DNA from: Octopus vulgaris | Taxonomy: Eukaryota | Assembly (NCBI GenBank): GCA_951406725.2 | Contig: OX597836.1 | Location: 15,004,001-15,068,000 of the forward strand | DNA length: 64,000 bases | Reading direction: 5' to 3' | Shown here: positions 48,679-62,329 of the stretch, in pieces | How the letters are laid out: each line of letters starts with the position of its first letter | Position numbering within the stretch: position 1 is the stretch's first letter | Made by a program: the position numbers and the translations under genes | Notes under the pieces: model-generated | Told to the model about the DNA's origin: nothing | Databases searched by the model: none | Seen by the model: the letters and a program-made list of their open reading frames with translations, nothing else

Positions 48679-49744
48679 AGTGGCGAACTGGTAGACTTGT
48701 AAGTACTCCAGGCAAATGCTTAGCAGTACTTCATTCATCTTAACATTCTGAGTTCAAATGTTGTTTGGGTCACTTTGCCTTTCATCTTTTTGGGGGTTGA
48801 TAAAATAATTACCAGTTGAGCACTGGGGTTGATGTAATTGACTTCCATCCCCTCCCACCAACAATTGCTAGCGTTGTGCCAAAATTTCAAACCCTTATTA
48901 TTTATTAAGGCGTTGAGCAAGCAGAACCATTAGCATGCCAGACAAAATGCTGAGCAGCATTTCATCCAAGTTAAAACACATATCAGTTGAGCCCAAGGCT
49001 CAATGTAATTGACTCTCCCTCTTGTAAATTTCAGGTCTTCTTCCTATAGTATAAAGGATTATTCATCTTCATCATCATCGTCCATCTTCCATGCTGGCAT
49101 GGGTGGGACAGTACCACAAGAGCCAGCTGGGCCAAAGCCTGCACCAGACTTCTGTGATTGTTTCGGCAAGGTTTTTACAGCTGGATGTCCTCCCGAACAT
49201 CAACCACTCAGCAGAGTGGATTTAATGCATTTTACATGGCACAAGCACAGGGGAGGCGGTGAGCTATCAAAAACGTTAGCACACCAGGCGAAATGCTTAG
49301 TGATATTTCGACTGCCGTTACGTTCTGAGTTCAAATTCCGCCGAGGTCAACTTTGCCTTTCATCCTTTCGAGGTCGATAAATTAAGTACCAGTTACGCAC
49401 TGGGGTCAATGTAGTTGACTTAATCCCTTTGTCTGTCCTTGTTTGTCCCCTCTATGTTTAGCCCCTAGTGGGTAGTAAAGAAATAACAAGCACAGGGGAG
49501 GTGAGTAGTGCTTTTGCATGGCACAAGCACAGGCGAGGTTAGCTTTGGCAAGGTTTTTACAGCTGGATGCCCTTCTGAACAACAACCACTTTATAGTGTG
49601 ACCTGGGTGCTTTTAAGTGGCACCTGCACTGACAGGGTCACCAAGTACTTTTAAGACATAAAAATAAAAACTTTTGAAAGGGGAGAAGGCATTGGAGGAG
49701 GTGATGATGAAAAGGTTATAGTGTTATTATTATTATTGGTTTAC

Positions 49745-49791
49745 CTGGAATACCTCTTCTTAATTTAGAATTATCTTCTATATCATCAATT
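49745..49791 (-). CDS. GGPS1: GGPS1 exon (IDDIEDNSKLRRGIP), first aspartate-rich motif
   Basis: tccAG / GTAAAC; DDxxD...RRG. Confidence 0.96.
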
Positions 49792-50996
49792 CTGGAAAAT
49801 AGAGGGAAAAAAACAGGTGTTTCATTAAAAGATTATTAATTAGCTGATAAGATATTAATATGATAAATGATGTTAGACATTTTGAATATCAGTTCCAGGC
49901 AGAAAATAGAAACAGGATCATACATATCAGATTTGGCAGGTTACCAAAGTCATGATTAGTCAACACAACAACTGCTGTCCAAATTGCTATCAAATTAGGT
50001 ACTATGTAAATATGTGTGAACAGAGGATCTTTTCTGTTTGGCTCACACTTTTTGAAATTTTAAAATTAAGCGAAAATTTTCAAATTTGGTATATTGATGT
50101 AATTTTCCATGCCGGATCTGATGTTGCTTTCTGCTTATTCAAGAAAAATTTTAGAAAAATGTTACAGAAAAATGTTATAGGCGGAGGAGTGGCTATTTTG
50201 TTTTTCACAACATTAACTTGTGTAGGTTGAACTATGGAAAAAAAACCTGGCTGTTTCTTGCAATACAGACCAATACATACATCTAAAGCAAAATCCTTTC
50301 AGGGACTCTTAAAATACTGTAGTGGATCCCCAATTCACTATTTTGTTACATGGACCCACAAAAGTCTTGTATGAACCCTGGTTGAGAACCACTGGTGGAG
50401 GTGCATGGCTTAGTGGTTAGGGTGTTGGACTCACGATTGTAAGATTGAGATTTCAATTCCTGGACCAGGCAATGTGTTGAGTTCTTGAGCAAAACACTTC
50501 ATTTCATGTTGCTCCAGTCCACTCAGCTGTAGAAATGAGTACCACTAGTGGAGGCACATAGCTTAGTGGTTAGAGTGTTGGATTCACAACCGTAAGATTG
50601 TGGTTTCAATCCATACACCTGGCATCCCACTGTGTTCTTGAACAAAACACTTCATTTCATGTTCTTCCAGTCCACTCAGCTGTAGAAATGAGCTTGGTCA
50701 GGAGAGGGATGGGCTCCCCCAGGCTTTCTTGGCCTGGATACGCTGCATGGCTGCAATGCCACAACAACCCCCAAGGGGTTATAAGAGACTTGTCATTGTC
50801 ACTGAGATCCACTGATCTAAACCCTTCAAGGTGCCTACCACCACCACCACCACCACCACCACCACCAGCATGACCACAATCCAGTGACTGAAACAAGTTA
50901 AAGATAATAAAAATACAAATGAAAGCTGATTAATCAACACAAGTGACATGGTCATGACACCGACAAATGTTAAAAGTAGATAAATTAGTTACTCAC

Positions 50997-51082
50997 AACA
51001 AACTTGCATTGTGTAACATCTGTGTAATCTCTGAAATGTTGTGTAATAAAGTGTCAGGAATGTTGAGCCAGTGATTGAAAGC
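50997..51082 (-). CDS. GGPS1: GGPS1 exon (AFNHWLNIPDTLLHNISEITQMLHNASLL)
   Basis: tgcAG / GTGAGT; AFNHWL and MLHNASLL motifs. Confidence 0.96.
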
Positions 51083-51990
51083 CTGCAATGAGAAAAGGAA
51101 ATGGTCAGTCTCGAAAACATAATGGTCAGTCTCATAATGGTCAGTCTTATAATGGTCAGTCTCAAAACATAATGATCAATGAAGGCTGATAGCAATTAGT
51201 TCCATAATTACAGAGGATGGCAAGGTGGCAAGCTAGAAGAATCGTTAGCATGCTGAGCTTAGATGCTTAGTGGCATTTTGTCTGTCTGTAGGTTCTGAGT
51301 TCAAATTCCACTGAGGTCCACTTTGCCTATCATCCTTCTGGGGTTGACTAAATAAGTACCAGTTGTGTATTGGGGGTCGAGTACCAATTGTGTATTGACT
51401 AACCCCCACCCCCCTCTCCTGAATTTGCTGGCCTTGTCCCAAAATTTGAAATCATTATTATGTAAGATGGTAGTGACCCTTTCTACAATAGGCACAAAGC
51501 CTGAAATTTTAAGGTGATGGGGGCTAATCAATTACATTAACCCCCACCCCCACCAAAGTGTTCAACTGGTACTTATTGAACCTAAGAGGAGGAATGGTTT
51601 AAATCAAACTTGGCAGATTTGAGCCCAGAACATAAACAGATGGAAGAAATTCCATTAAGCGCTTTGTCTAATACATTGACAGTTTATAAAGATTTCAAAT
51701 TTTGGCACAAGGCCGGCAATTTTCGAAGAAGAGGTAAGTCGATCACATCAAATCCAGTGTTGTCATTGCCAGTACCGCCTGACTAGCCCCCCCCCCCGTG
51801 CCAGTGGCACATAAAAAGCACCCGCTACACTCTCCGAGTGGTTGGCATTAGGAAGGGCATCCAGCTGTAGAAACTCTGTCAGATCACATTGGAGCCTGGT
51901 GCAGCCATCTGGTTCGCCAGCCCTCAGTCAAAATCGTCCAACCCATGCTAGCATGGAAAGCAGACGTTAAACGATGATGATGGTGATGAT

Positions 51991-52236
51991 GACCCAAGCA
52001 CCTAGTATAATAGGAATTGTTTCTGTTTTTAGGCCCCACATTCGAGTTACCTCTATTTCCAGGTCTTTGTATTTTGAAAGTTTTTCCGTTTCCTTTATAG
52101 AAACATTGTCCTCTGTTGGTATTGTCACATTGATTAGAAAGCATTTCTTTTCTTGGTGATCTCTGATAACTATATCTGGCCTATTGGCCTTAATTTCTCT
52201 ATGTGTATTGGCATATCCCAGAGTATGGTTGCTTTC
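51991..52236 (-). mobile_element. R4/Dong-like LINE, restriction-like endonuclease domain fragment
   Basis: ILWD...ANRPDIV...INVTIP...KETEKLSKYKDL...IPIILGA, one frameshift; embedded in ATT/ATC repeats. Confidence 0.8.
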
Positions 52237-55226
52237 TTTTATTATTGTTGTTGCTGTTATTATTTATTGTAAGGTGAGGAGTGGCAGAACCAGTGGAGTA
52301 TGGGACTAAATGCCAGATGGTCTTTTGTTCTAGCTCTTTACATTCAGTATTTAAAATGCACTGAAATCAACTTCACTATTATCAATCCCGCCATGATTGA
52401 TCAAATGAAGTATTAGTTAAGTAGCAGGTCTGATTTAATCTACTAACACTCCTTTTTTCCTCTCTTCAAAAAATTGCTGTTGCTGTGTCAGAATTAGAAG
52501 CAATCATCATCGCCGCCGCCGCCACCACCACCACCACCACCACCACCACCACCACCATCCACCATCACAATCATCATCATCATCATTATTATTATTATTA
52601 TTATTAAAGCAGTGACCTAGCAAAATTTCAAGTGTCAGACTAAATCCTCTAAAACTGCTAACCTTGTTCCAAACTTTGAAACCATTATTACAGGGGATGG
52701 ATGGTCTGAATTGGTGATTCTCAACCATTTTTTGCCTATGGACCCTTTCATTCCTCTTTCAATCAGAGGAAAGGGAGCCTCATAGCTGTTCATAGTCTAA
52801 AAACACCCTATTATATTTTTATGATTAAATTTATCAGGAATTCTATTAAAAAAAGGTTTAAGTATTTTGTGTATTGGAGGGACGTGGCTTAGTGGTTAGG
52901 GTGTCAGCATCATGATCGTAAGATTGTGGTTTCAATTCCTGGACCGGGTGACGCATTGTGTTCTTGAGCAAAACACTTCATTTCACGTTGCTCCAGTCCA
53001 CTCAGCTGGCAAAAATGAGTAAAGCTGTGATGGACTGGCGTCCCGTCCAGCTGGGGAACACATAAGCCATTGAAACCGGGAAACCGAGCCCATGAACCTG
53101 GCTAGGCTTTAAAAGGGTGCATTTATTTATTTATTATTTTATGTATTGTTGAAATATGACATGTTTATTGCTTGTAAATTTTAATAACAAAATCTTATAT
53201 GAAACCTGCTTGAAAACCACTGCTCTAAATATTTAATGGTATTTGTTCCGGCACTTTATGTGCTGAGCTCAACTTCTGACTTGCTAGAAATTCTGCTAAC
53301 TCATCAGCAGAGAAAACAACACACACACACACACACACACACTTTTCTATATTAATCATACACAGTGTGACAGAATAAGATGAGCTCAACATTTAATTGG
53401 TTAGCAAACAGAATGTGCAAAATAAAAACATTACATACTATACAATCATCATCATCATCATCATCGTTTAACGTCTGCTTTCCATGCTAGCATGGGTTGG
53501 ATGATTTGACTGAGATCTGGCAAACCAGATGGTTGCACCAGACTCCAATCTAATCTGGCAGAGTTTCTACAGCTGGATGCCCTTCCTAACGCCAACCAAT
53601 CTGAGAGTGTAGTGGGTGCTTTTACGTGCCACCAGCATGAGGGCCAGTCAGGCAGTACTGGCAACGGCCACGCTCAAATGGTGTTTTTTTTACATGCCAC
53701 CTGCACAGGAGCCTGTCCAGCAGCACTGGCAACGACCTCGCTCGAATGGTTTTTCACATGCCACCAGCACAAGTGCCAGTAGAGCGACACTGGTAACGAT
53801 CACATTCGAATGGTGCTTTTTACGTGCCACCAGCACGGAAGCCAGTTAGCTGCTCTGGCAACGATCACGCAAACATGTGTGTGTAGAATTGGTAGTCTGT
53901 AGTTAGGGTGATCTACTGTTACTTTAATACTCTGGTGGATGGAGTTAGCTATTTGCAATAATTACATAAATATACTTGAGATGCATTTATGTGTGTATGT
54001 GTATACACACATGAAAAAAATTAACACTAATAAAACAGAAAATATATATAATTGTAACAGTAATGAGTGGAGTGCCTTATTCAAGGTGTTAGTGTTTCGT
54101 TGAAAGCCTTTTGTGCAAAGGGTGAAATAGAAAAAAGCCCCACCCACTTTTATAAGCTTAACCTTTTCTGGTATTTCAATGAAATATCTCATAGGAAGAG
54201 TTGGCCTAGTTTTTCTATTCACTGAAATTTTGCTAAATTAGGTTGGCTGGTTCAATACGATTGCTCGACATGCTAAAAATTACCAACCAAATCTTACTTA
54301 AATCACGCTATACCGCCATCATATAAAAAGAATATGTCAGAGACTTGGTGTAGGAGCGGCTACATTGTAACCCGAAACCATATTGTCCCAACAAATATGG
54401 TTTCGGATTCAGTCTCACTGCAAGGAACCCTGGACAAGTGGTTTCTGCTTTAATCTCAGACTGGCCAAAGCTTTGCTGATTTAGAAGACAGAGACTGAAA
54501 GAAGCTTTTGTATGTGTGCGTGTATGCGAGAAAGCAAGAGGGAGCACGTGTGCACACATGCACACACTCACACACACACATACATACACACACACATATA
54601 TACTCACACACATATACACATCTTCAAGTGTTTTGCTTCATATCACTTGACCTAAAATACAATCTGTATCAACTCAAAATTACTCTCATTTGCATATCAA
54701 CATTTTCTTTTCTACTTTTATGTTCAAGCGCATGCGCACGCACGCACACATATATATACGGACGATACATATGTGTATATGTATATACATATATAAGTGG
54801 AAAAGAAACACAAATGGGTTAAGTTTCACTACAACTGTTTCAGACACGATTCTTATTGATGAATAATTCAGTTACATCACGTAAAAAAAAAATGTTTACT
54901 TCTGGTGAATCAAAAATTTTAAGTTTGGTTCAGAGTAAAAAATACCAAGATGTAGAATGTGTACTGACTCTCTCATTTCGGCATCAAAGAAGTGAGTGAA
55001 TATATACCGAAAGTTTATCCAGATTTCATATGCCTATGGGGCCATAAAACAATCAACAGACAAATCCACGTTAAATTGTTTCTTTAAATAAAGGCACAGG
55101 ATTGCCTGTGTGGTAAGAAGCTTGCTTCCAACCACATGGTTCCAGGTTCAGTCCCACTACATGGCACCTTGGGCAAGTGTCTTCTACAATGGCTTTGGTA
55201 GACGGAAACTGAAAGCCCATTGTGTA

Positions 55227-55282
<56 letters not shown>

Positions 55283-57067
55283 TTCATGAAAAAACAAAAT
55301 GATGAAGAAGGTGGTGTATAAAACAAACAGATGTATTAGTATAACAAGGGACAACAAAAATCTTCCAGATAGATGATACAAAAATAACAAGGACGGGTCA
55401 TTTGAAGTTTTCTATCCTCAGTCAAGAACCAGATCATCCTCGCAATTTCGGCTGATTAATATATATATACATATATATGTATGTATGTATTTGTGTGTCT
55501 GTGTTTGTACTCCTACCATTGCTTGACAACCGATATTATAACCAGATCAATGAACCAACTGAGTAAACCTATCAGTAATGTACCTATAATGACTACAGGA
55601 AACAACTGTAAGCCAAATTTACTTTAATAAAGGAAAAATATGTAATTATCATTATTTATACCTTGTCTTATGTGTGTGTGTGTAAACACACACACTATAT
55701 CTTCCCACCACCAACTGACAACTGGTGTGTTTACTTCCCTGTAACTTAGTAGTTCAGCAAAAGAGATCAAGAGAATAAGTACCAGGCTTAAAACAAAAAG
55801 TACTGGGGTCGATTCATTTGGCTAAAAATTCTTCAAGGTGATGCCCCAGCATGGCCAACACCTTTGAGAAAACAGCTTTGGAGCAAATCATTGGCAGCAC
55901 TCAAATGTCACATTTGAAGAGACTTTCTGTCAACCAGCGTTAACAGGCAAAGAAGTGCAAAGCGAAAGAGAGAAGCAGCTGCAAATATACCACCTGCACT
56001 GACCTGTAAACTTCTTGCTTGCAACATCTGCAGGTTTCTTTGCAAATCATTGGCAGCACTCAAATATCACATTTGACAGAAGCATTTTGACTGACAAAGG
56101 AAGTATAGGTTGTTGGAGCCTTGTGCGTCAAAACTGACGGGAGACTCCATCACATACACATATATAAATATGTATATCTATATACATATTATATACATAC
56201 AAGGCGGCGAGCTGGCAGAACCGTTAGCACGCCGGGTGAAATGCGTAGCCATATTTCGTCTGTCGTTACGTTCTGAGTTCAAATTCTGCTGAGGTCGACT
56301 TTGCCTTTCATCCTTTCGGGGTCGATAAATTAAGTACCAGTTACGCACTGGGGTCGATGTAATCAACTTAATTCGTTTGTCTGTCCTTGTTTGTCCCTTC
56401 TATGTTTAGCCCCTTGTGGGTAATAAAGAAACATATATAAATATGTATGTTGATAAATGTACATATGGTTATATATGTGCATCCCAACCACCTCAATACC
56501 TTGGCTAATTATTCATTAATAACAGCAGTCTAAATTAGTAAATATTTAAGTTATCTACTGCTGAAAACAGAAGAAAGCAAGATACACCACTTTTGATAAC
56601 AAGTGAAAGTATTTATCCAATACCATGTGAAATTTCTGGCAGATGGCAACGTTAGAATCTCCCATCCTTCAACACTTACCCACACACATACACACCTACA
56701 CTCAAACAATGCAATAACAGGCGTTGCCTCTGCTTAAAGGGTATTGGATGAAGGGAGAGTTGATTTGGGAATCATTAGGATTATTTCTAATGAGTGGCAT
56801 AGGCATAGCAGATGATCAATGTAACATGTGGGTGGAGAGAAAAATGTTAATGGATGAAGAATGGCTAACAAGTAAAATGGGTCTGGGTGGTGAGAAAAAA
56901 ATTGGTGCCAAGGAACAGCTGTAATGAGAGAGATAATGGGGGTGGGGTGAGGAATGGTATGAAGAGATTGGGCAAAGTGGCCATTTTTGCATATACAAAT
57001 ATTTATATATATATATATCCTTAAATCCTTAAAAATGTTTTAGCCTGAAGGCTAATATATATATATA

Positions 57068-57433
57068 TTACTCTTTTACTTGTTTCAGTCATTTGACTGA
57101 GGCCATGCTGGAGCACCGCCTTTAGTCGAGCAAGTCGACCTTAGGACTTATTCTTTGGAAGCCCAGTACTTATTCTATCAGTCTCTTTTGCCAAACCGCT
57201 AAGTTACAGGGACGTAAACACACCAGCATCGGTTGTCAAGCGATGTTGGGAAACACACACACACACACATATATACGACGGGCTTCTTTCAGTTTCCATC
57301 TACCAAATCCACTCACAAGGCTTTGGTTGGCCCGAGGCTATAGAAGAAGACACTTACCCAAGGTGCCACGCAGTGGGATTGAACCCAGAACCATGTGGTT
57401 GGTAAGCAAGCTACTTACCACACAGCCACTCCT
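57068..57433 (-). mobile_element. SINE family A
   Basis: family consensus. Confidence 0.85.
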
Positions 57434-57744
57434 GTTTATGTATGTGTGTATATTATAAGAAGCACATAAAAAGCCTTGTGGAATTCAGCTTATTCAAGGT
57501 TTCCTGACCAAAATAGTGAATATATTTCACTACTTTTCAGGCTGGTAATGTCAACAAGATGGTTTAGCAACTGTGTCTGATGCAATCAAGGTTTGAATGA
57601 GTAGGCGTAGTTTGAAAGGCAGATAGTTACCATGGGAAGAAAATGAACTGCATAGCAAATATAGGCAGCCTTTTTACAAATGGCAAAAATTTCATAACTT
57701 GCGGTATAGAGGGGGGAGGGGTTGATGAGGGTCTTAAGACTTAC

Positions 57745-57813
57745 TTGCGTGAGTCGTGTACGGAACTGCTTCCCAGGAATCTGAGAAATGTAATTGTAGG
57801 GTTCCAGTAAAAT
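57745..57813 (-). CDS. GGPS1: GGPS1 exon (ILLEPYNYISQIPGKQFRTRLTQ)
   Basis: ttcAG / GTAAGT on minus strand; ILLEPY...PGK motif. Confidence 0.94.
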
Positions 57814-57881
57814 CTGAAATTAAAGAAACGGTTTATTTCATTTAAGTTAAATTTTTTTCAATCAAAACAATAACTGAATAA

Positions 57882-57921
<40 letters not shown>

Positions 57922-58473
57922 GTAATCATTAATTTTTTTAACATCCACTTTTTCCATGCTGGCATGGATCAGAAGGAAACTGTTGAAGTAGATCTTCTAC
58001 AGCCAGATGCCCTTCCTGCCACCAACTCTTGTTTCTAAGCAAAGAAATATTTCTCCATGGCCAAACATGATTTTTTAATGAACACTGGAAACAAACAATT
58101 CTACTGGTACAATGGTGATGCTTGTTTACAACCATCACACAATGTCAAGACAAAGGGCACATACATACACTACTACTACAACTACTACTATTACTACTAC
58201 TAATACTATTGCTGTTGTTGCTGTTGTTGTTGTTGTTAAGCAACAAGAAGGGTAAGAGTGATTAGGTGATGGTCTAGGGCTTAGGGGCGGGAGACCCCAG
58301 ACCTTGGATAAAAAAAAAACTTTGGTCGTCTTGTTGTAGTCGAGGGCTCTTTGTTGACGCCCGACACCACTGGGAGGTGGCCCTCGAAATCGCTGGAAAT
58401 GGAGATCTCCAGGTCCCAAATTCTTGGACGGCTGCTGTTGCTGCTGCTACTACTACTGCTACTGCTGCTGCTG

Positions 58474-58516
<43 letters not shown>

Positions 58517-59046
58517 GACCAGGTTCCAACCCAGGCTGCAGCAACCAAGTTCACAGGCTACACCCCTCGGTCCATCATTACTGCCTCAAGGTCCTGAATA
58601 CATTCCAGACCAGTGTCTGCAACCAAGTTATTGAAGAGAATGTGACAGCATTTTCCTCTTTTTACATCACCATGAAGTGGGTTCCACAAGACTAATTTGG
58701 ATGCTTCCAGTCCAGGGTGGCACATGCAGTGACCAGAGAATCACACCCATCTCTGCCTGATTTTCTTGCTAACTTTCAGCAGGTTTCCATAAAGGCATTT
58801 GAACTCAGAATACAGAGATAAAAGTTTTTAATCCATTGTTCTGTTCTTTCTGTCACGCTGCTATTTTTATCAAAGACCATAACACCAACAATAATAATAA
58901 TAATAATAATAATAATGAGCAAAGACACATTAACACAAAATAGCAAACGAGGCAGAATTTTTTTATTAGAAATGTTTTCATAGTTTTTCAGAATCATGGA
59001 CTGACCCTCGTGAAACAAAACATGCTTGAAAATAATGGTGGGGTTA

Positions 59047-59495
59047 TACTACTACTACTACTACTACTACTACTATTACTATAACTTTTGCTGCTGCAGC
59101 TGCTACTACTACTACTACTACTACTACTATAACTTTTGCTGCTGCAGCTACTACTACTACTACTATTACTACTACTACTATAACTTTTGCTGCTGCAGCT
59201 GCTACTGCTACTACTACTACTACTACTATAACTTTTGCTGCTGCAGCTGCTACTGCTACTACTACTACTACTACTACTACTATAACTTTTGCTGCTGCAG
59301 CTACTACTACTACTACTACTACTACTACTGATGCTGCTGCTGCTATTACTACAACTACCACTACTTTTGTTGCTGCTGCTACAGCTGTTGCTACTACTAC
59401 TATGACCACTACTACTATTACTACTACTACTACTTTTGTTGTTGCTACTACTACCAATATCACCACCACCACCACCACCACCACCACCACCACTA
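59047..59495. repeat. Higher-order repeat [(CTA)n TAACTTTTGCTGCTGCAG] x5 plus trinucleotide tracts
   Basis: seen directly. Confidence 0.93.
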
Positions 59496-60038
59496 CATAT
59501 ATTCCCAAGCCACAACGGGTTGGCCAAACACAAAAGCTAATAAAAAAAAAAAAACATGTTTTTCCTTTCTCTCATTCTTTTCAATTAGGACCTTTCTGTA
59601 TGCAATGTTATTCAACAGCAACAACAACAACAATAATTACCAGCAGCAGCTTAATACTACATAATTAACAACTAGGCCAAGGACAATTAGTATTTCAGAA
59701 GCTAATTCTAATTCTACTAACAGACAAGCTACAGATGTTTTGTATGTCTATCACTATTTTGTTGTTGCCATTGTCTTTGAGTAAGCCCTGTCACATCCAA
59801 GGAGTTAAGGTAACCAATAGAATGATTAATCAGATCTTGTAAGGTGGACATGACATTTTTCAGTATCTTGTGTGACCATGGATACTGCGTATAAACAGAT
59901 ACATCTACAATGTCCCCCAACACTATTACAACACCATCTCTCCAACTCAGTCCTGACATATCTACAGCACCATCCTAATAACACTATCTCTTTCAATCCA
60001 AACACATTTACAACACCCCACAACACAACTACAATACC

Positions 60039-60453
60039 TATTTCTTTATTACCCACAAGGGGCTAAACACAGAGAGGACAAACAAGGACAGACAAATGGA
60101 TTAAGTCGATTACATCGACCCCAGTGCGTAACTGGTACTTATTTAATCGACCCCGAAAGGATGAAAGGCAAAGTCGACCTCGGCGGAATTTGAACTCAGA
60201 ACGTAACGGCAGACGAAATACTTATTTCTTTACTACCCACAAGGGGCTAAACACAGAGAGGACAAACAAGGACAGACAAATGGATTAAGTCGACTTCATC
60301 GACCCCAGTGCGTAACTGGTACTTAATTTATCGACCCCGAAAGGATGAAAGGCAAAGTCGACCTCGGCGGAATTTGAACTCAGAACATAGCGGCAGATGA
60401 TATACTGCTAAGCATTTCGTCCAGCATGCTAACGTTTCTGCCAGCTCGCCGCC
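60039..60453 (-). mobile_element. SINE family C partial dimer with a 47-bp flanking duplication
   Basis: family consensus; flanks 59992-60038 and 60454-60500. Confidence 0.85.
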
Positions 60454-60990
60454 TTCAATCCAAACACATCTACAACACCCCACAACACAACTACAATGCC
60501 ATCCTAACAACACTATCTCTCCAACTCTATCCAGAAACATCCACAACATATCACAATGCTATAACAACACTATTTCTCTGTCACACGTAGCTGATATATT
60601 TGATATTAACTGATATCCTTGATATTAGCTGATATCTTCGACATCAGCTAATATGACTGATATCAAAGATATCAATCACGTTAGTCACAGCCATTAACCA
60701 CAAACACCTCTCTGCAGTCCTGCTCTTTGTGGTTTGAGTTCAGATTCTGCCGAGGTGAACTTTCTCTTTCGTCATACCTCCCTAACTCACCCACTCACAC
60801 TTGGCACCTCTGCCCCACTCCAAGACGGGTCGGGTAGGTTACCGATGCTTGTCGCAGACCCACTTAGTCAGGAAAACAGACCTACTGTGAAAGCATCCAA
60901 CAAACCTATTAATTCAAAAAATAAGATAAGTAACAATAGGAAATTAGAGTCTAAGACCAGTAAGATTTATAGTTTATATAATAATTGTGT

Positions 60991-61293
60991 GGAGGCGCAA
61001 TGGCCCAGTGGTTAGGGCACTGAACTCGCGGTCGTAGGATCGCGGTTTCGATTCCCAGGCTGGGCGTTGTGAGTGTTTATTGAACGAAAACAACTAAAAA
61101 GCTCCACGAGGCTCCGGCAGGGGGTGGTGATCCCTGCTGTACTCTTTCACCACTTTCCCACTCTTTCTTCTGTTGGCCTGCTCGCTTAGCCAGCGGGGTG
61201 GCGTCATTCGAAGGCTAAAACAATGCAAACGCATTGTGACCAGCGATATGTAACAACATCTGATGGTCTGGTCGGTCACGTGATCACGTGATA
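60991..61293 (+). mobile_element. tRNA-derived SINE (relatives at 41007-41305 + and 39030-39320 -; tail fragment at 44705-44822)
   Basis: TGGCCCAGTGG A box, GTTTCGATTCC B box; tail CACGTGATCACGTG. Confidence 0.8.
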
Positions 61294-61399
61294 ATAATTG
61301 TAGTAAAACGATTGAGTGGACTATTCCATCCTCTAATGGTAAGATAAATACCAATAGTGAGTTTAGAAAGCAGAAGAAGAGTAGATAGATTCCACCCTC

Positions 61400-61670
61400 A
61401 TATACATAAGAGGCCCTGAAATAGCAATATAGTCTGGTATAATGTTCCCTTCAACTGAGCTATATCCACCAGTATATATAAGAAATTTATGGCAATTTTA
61501 GATAAAAGCTTCCCTGAATCCCATAGGTATAATAGAATATTTTCCTGTAAAACAAATCAGAATTTCATATTCTACCCTCCCGAATATAGGTACCATCATA
61601 GCCAGGTTTAATAGAAAGAATATAAAATTAGTAAGAGGAATTAGTAATAATAATATTAGTATTGTCAATA
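61400..61670 (+). mobile_element. Penelope-like element remnant (RT to GIY-YIG linker)
   Basis: IVWYNVPFN...KKFMAILDKSFPESHRYNRIF...IRISYSTLPNIGTII, with a stop and a frameshift. Confidence 0.72.
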
Positions 61671-62329
61671 CTGGTTTAACCCTTTAGTTACTGTATTTAT
61701 TTTGAGATGCTCTGTGTTTCTTTCAATTACTTTAAATATTACAAAGAATTTAGTAAAATAACTTAGTTATCATTCAGTTGGTGTTAGGAACATAAATTTT
61801 CTGATTATTTTTGTATAAATTCTTATTATTTTGTTTTCTTATTTTGGTATGCTTACCTTATTAACCTCTTATCCTTTATAAATTGTTATTTTATAGAAAC
61901 CGCCAAATAATTAATTAATTAAATAAAGAAGAGGTTCTACATAATAGTAATCTTCCTTTTAATGTTTATAATTGATACATACACACCTTTTAGCTATTTT
62001 GGTTATATCATTTTCTTGAATTTTAAAAAATTTTATTTCATTTTTATACAACAATAATATCGCTTAAAAACGTTCACCCATTGAGCCCCTAATATTTTTT
62101 TCTGTATCTCATTATAGTATCTTAAGTTTCATAGTGTCTTGCCCCTTTAACTGGTAATTAACATCATGAATTAATGTCGATCCTTACCCTACCTCTTTTT
62201 TTTATAGACAGTTATTTATATCTAATTGACTCTTTCTAAAGCTTTTTTTTTTTCTCTTGTGGGTAAAGGAATACCTATGACAATATTTATGACTAATAGC
62301 TAGTCATGAGCAGACAACTCCCTTTTGCT

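Larger units (their letters stand above)
36344..57813 (-). other. GGPS1: GGPS1 gene span (geranylgeranyl diphosphate synthase); 10 coding exons, N-terminal exon not identified
   Basis: Joined exons give 861 nt in frame: ILLEPY..PGK, HNASLLIDDIED (FARM), RRG, GQGMDI, KTGGLF, FQIRDDYCN (SARM), [11 protein letters not shown]. Confidence 0.96.

Noticed and set aside
58245-58790. GC-rich segment between trinucleotide tracts as a possible GGPS1 5' exon
   Set aside because: No in-frame ATG/donor combination or protein similarity identified; probably a TE fragment, but unclassifiable from this window alone.
60991-61065. tRNA gene-like sequence (also about 41007-41080 and 2000-2070)
   Set aside because: A and B boxes continue into SINE bodies and no complete cloverleaf is evident; these are SINE heads.
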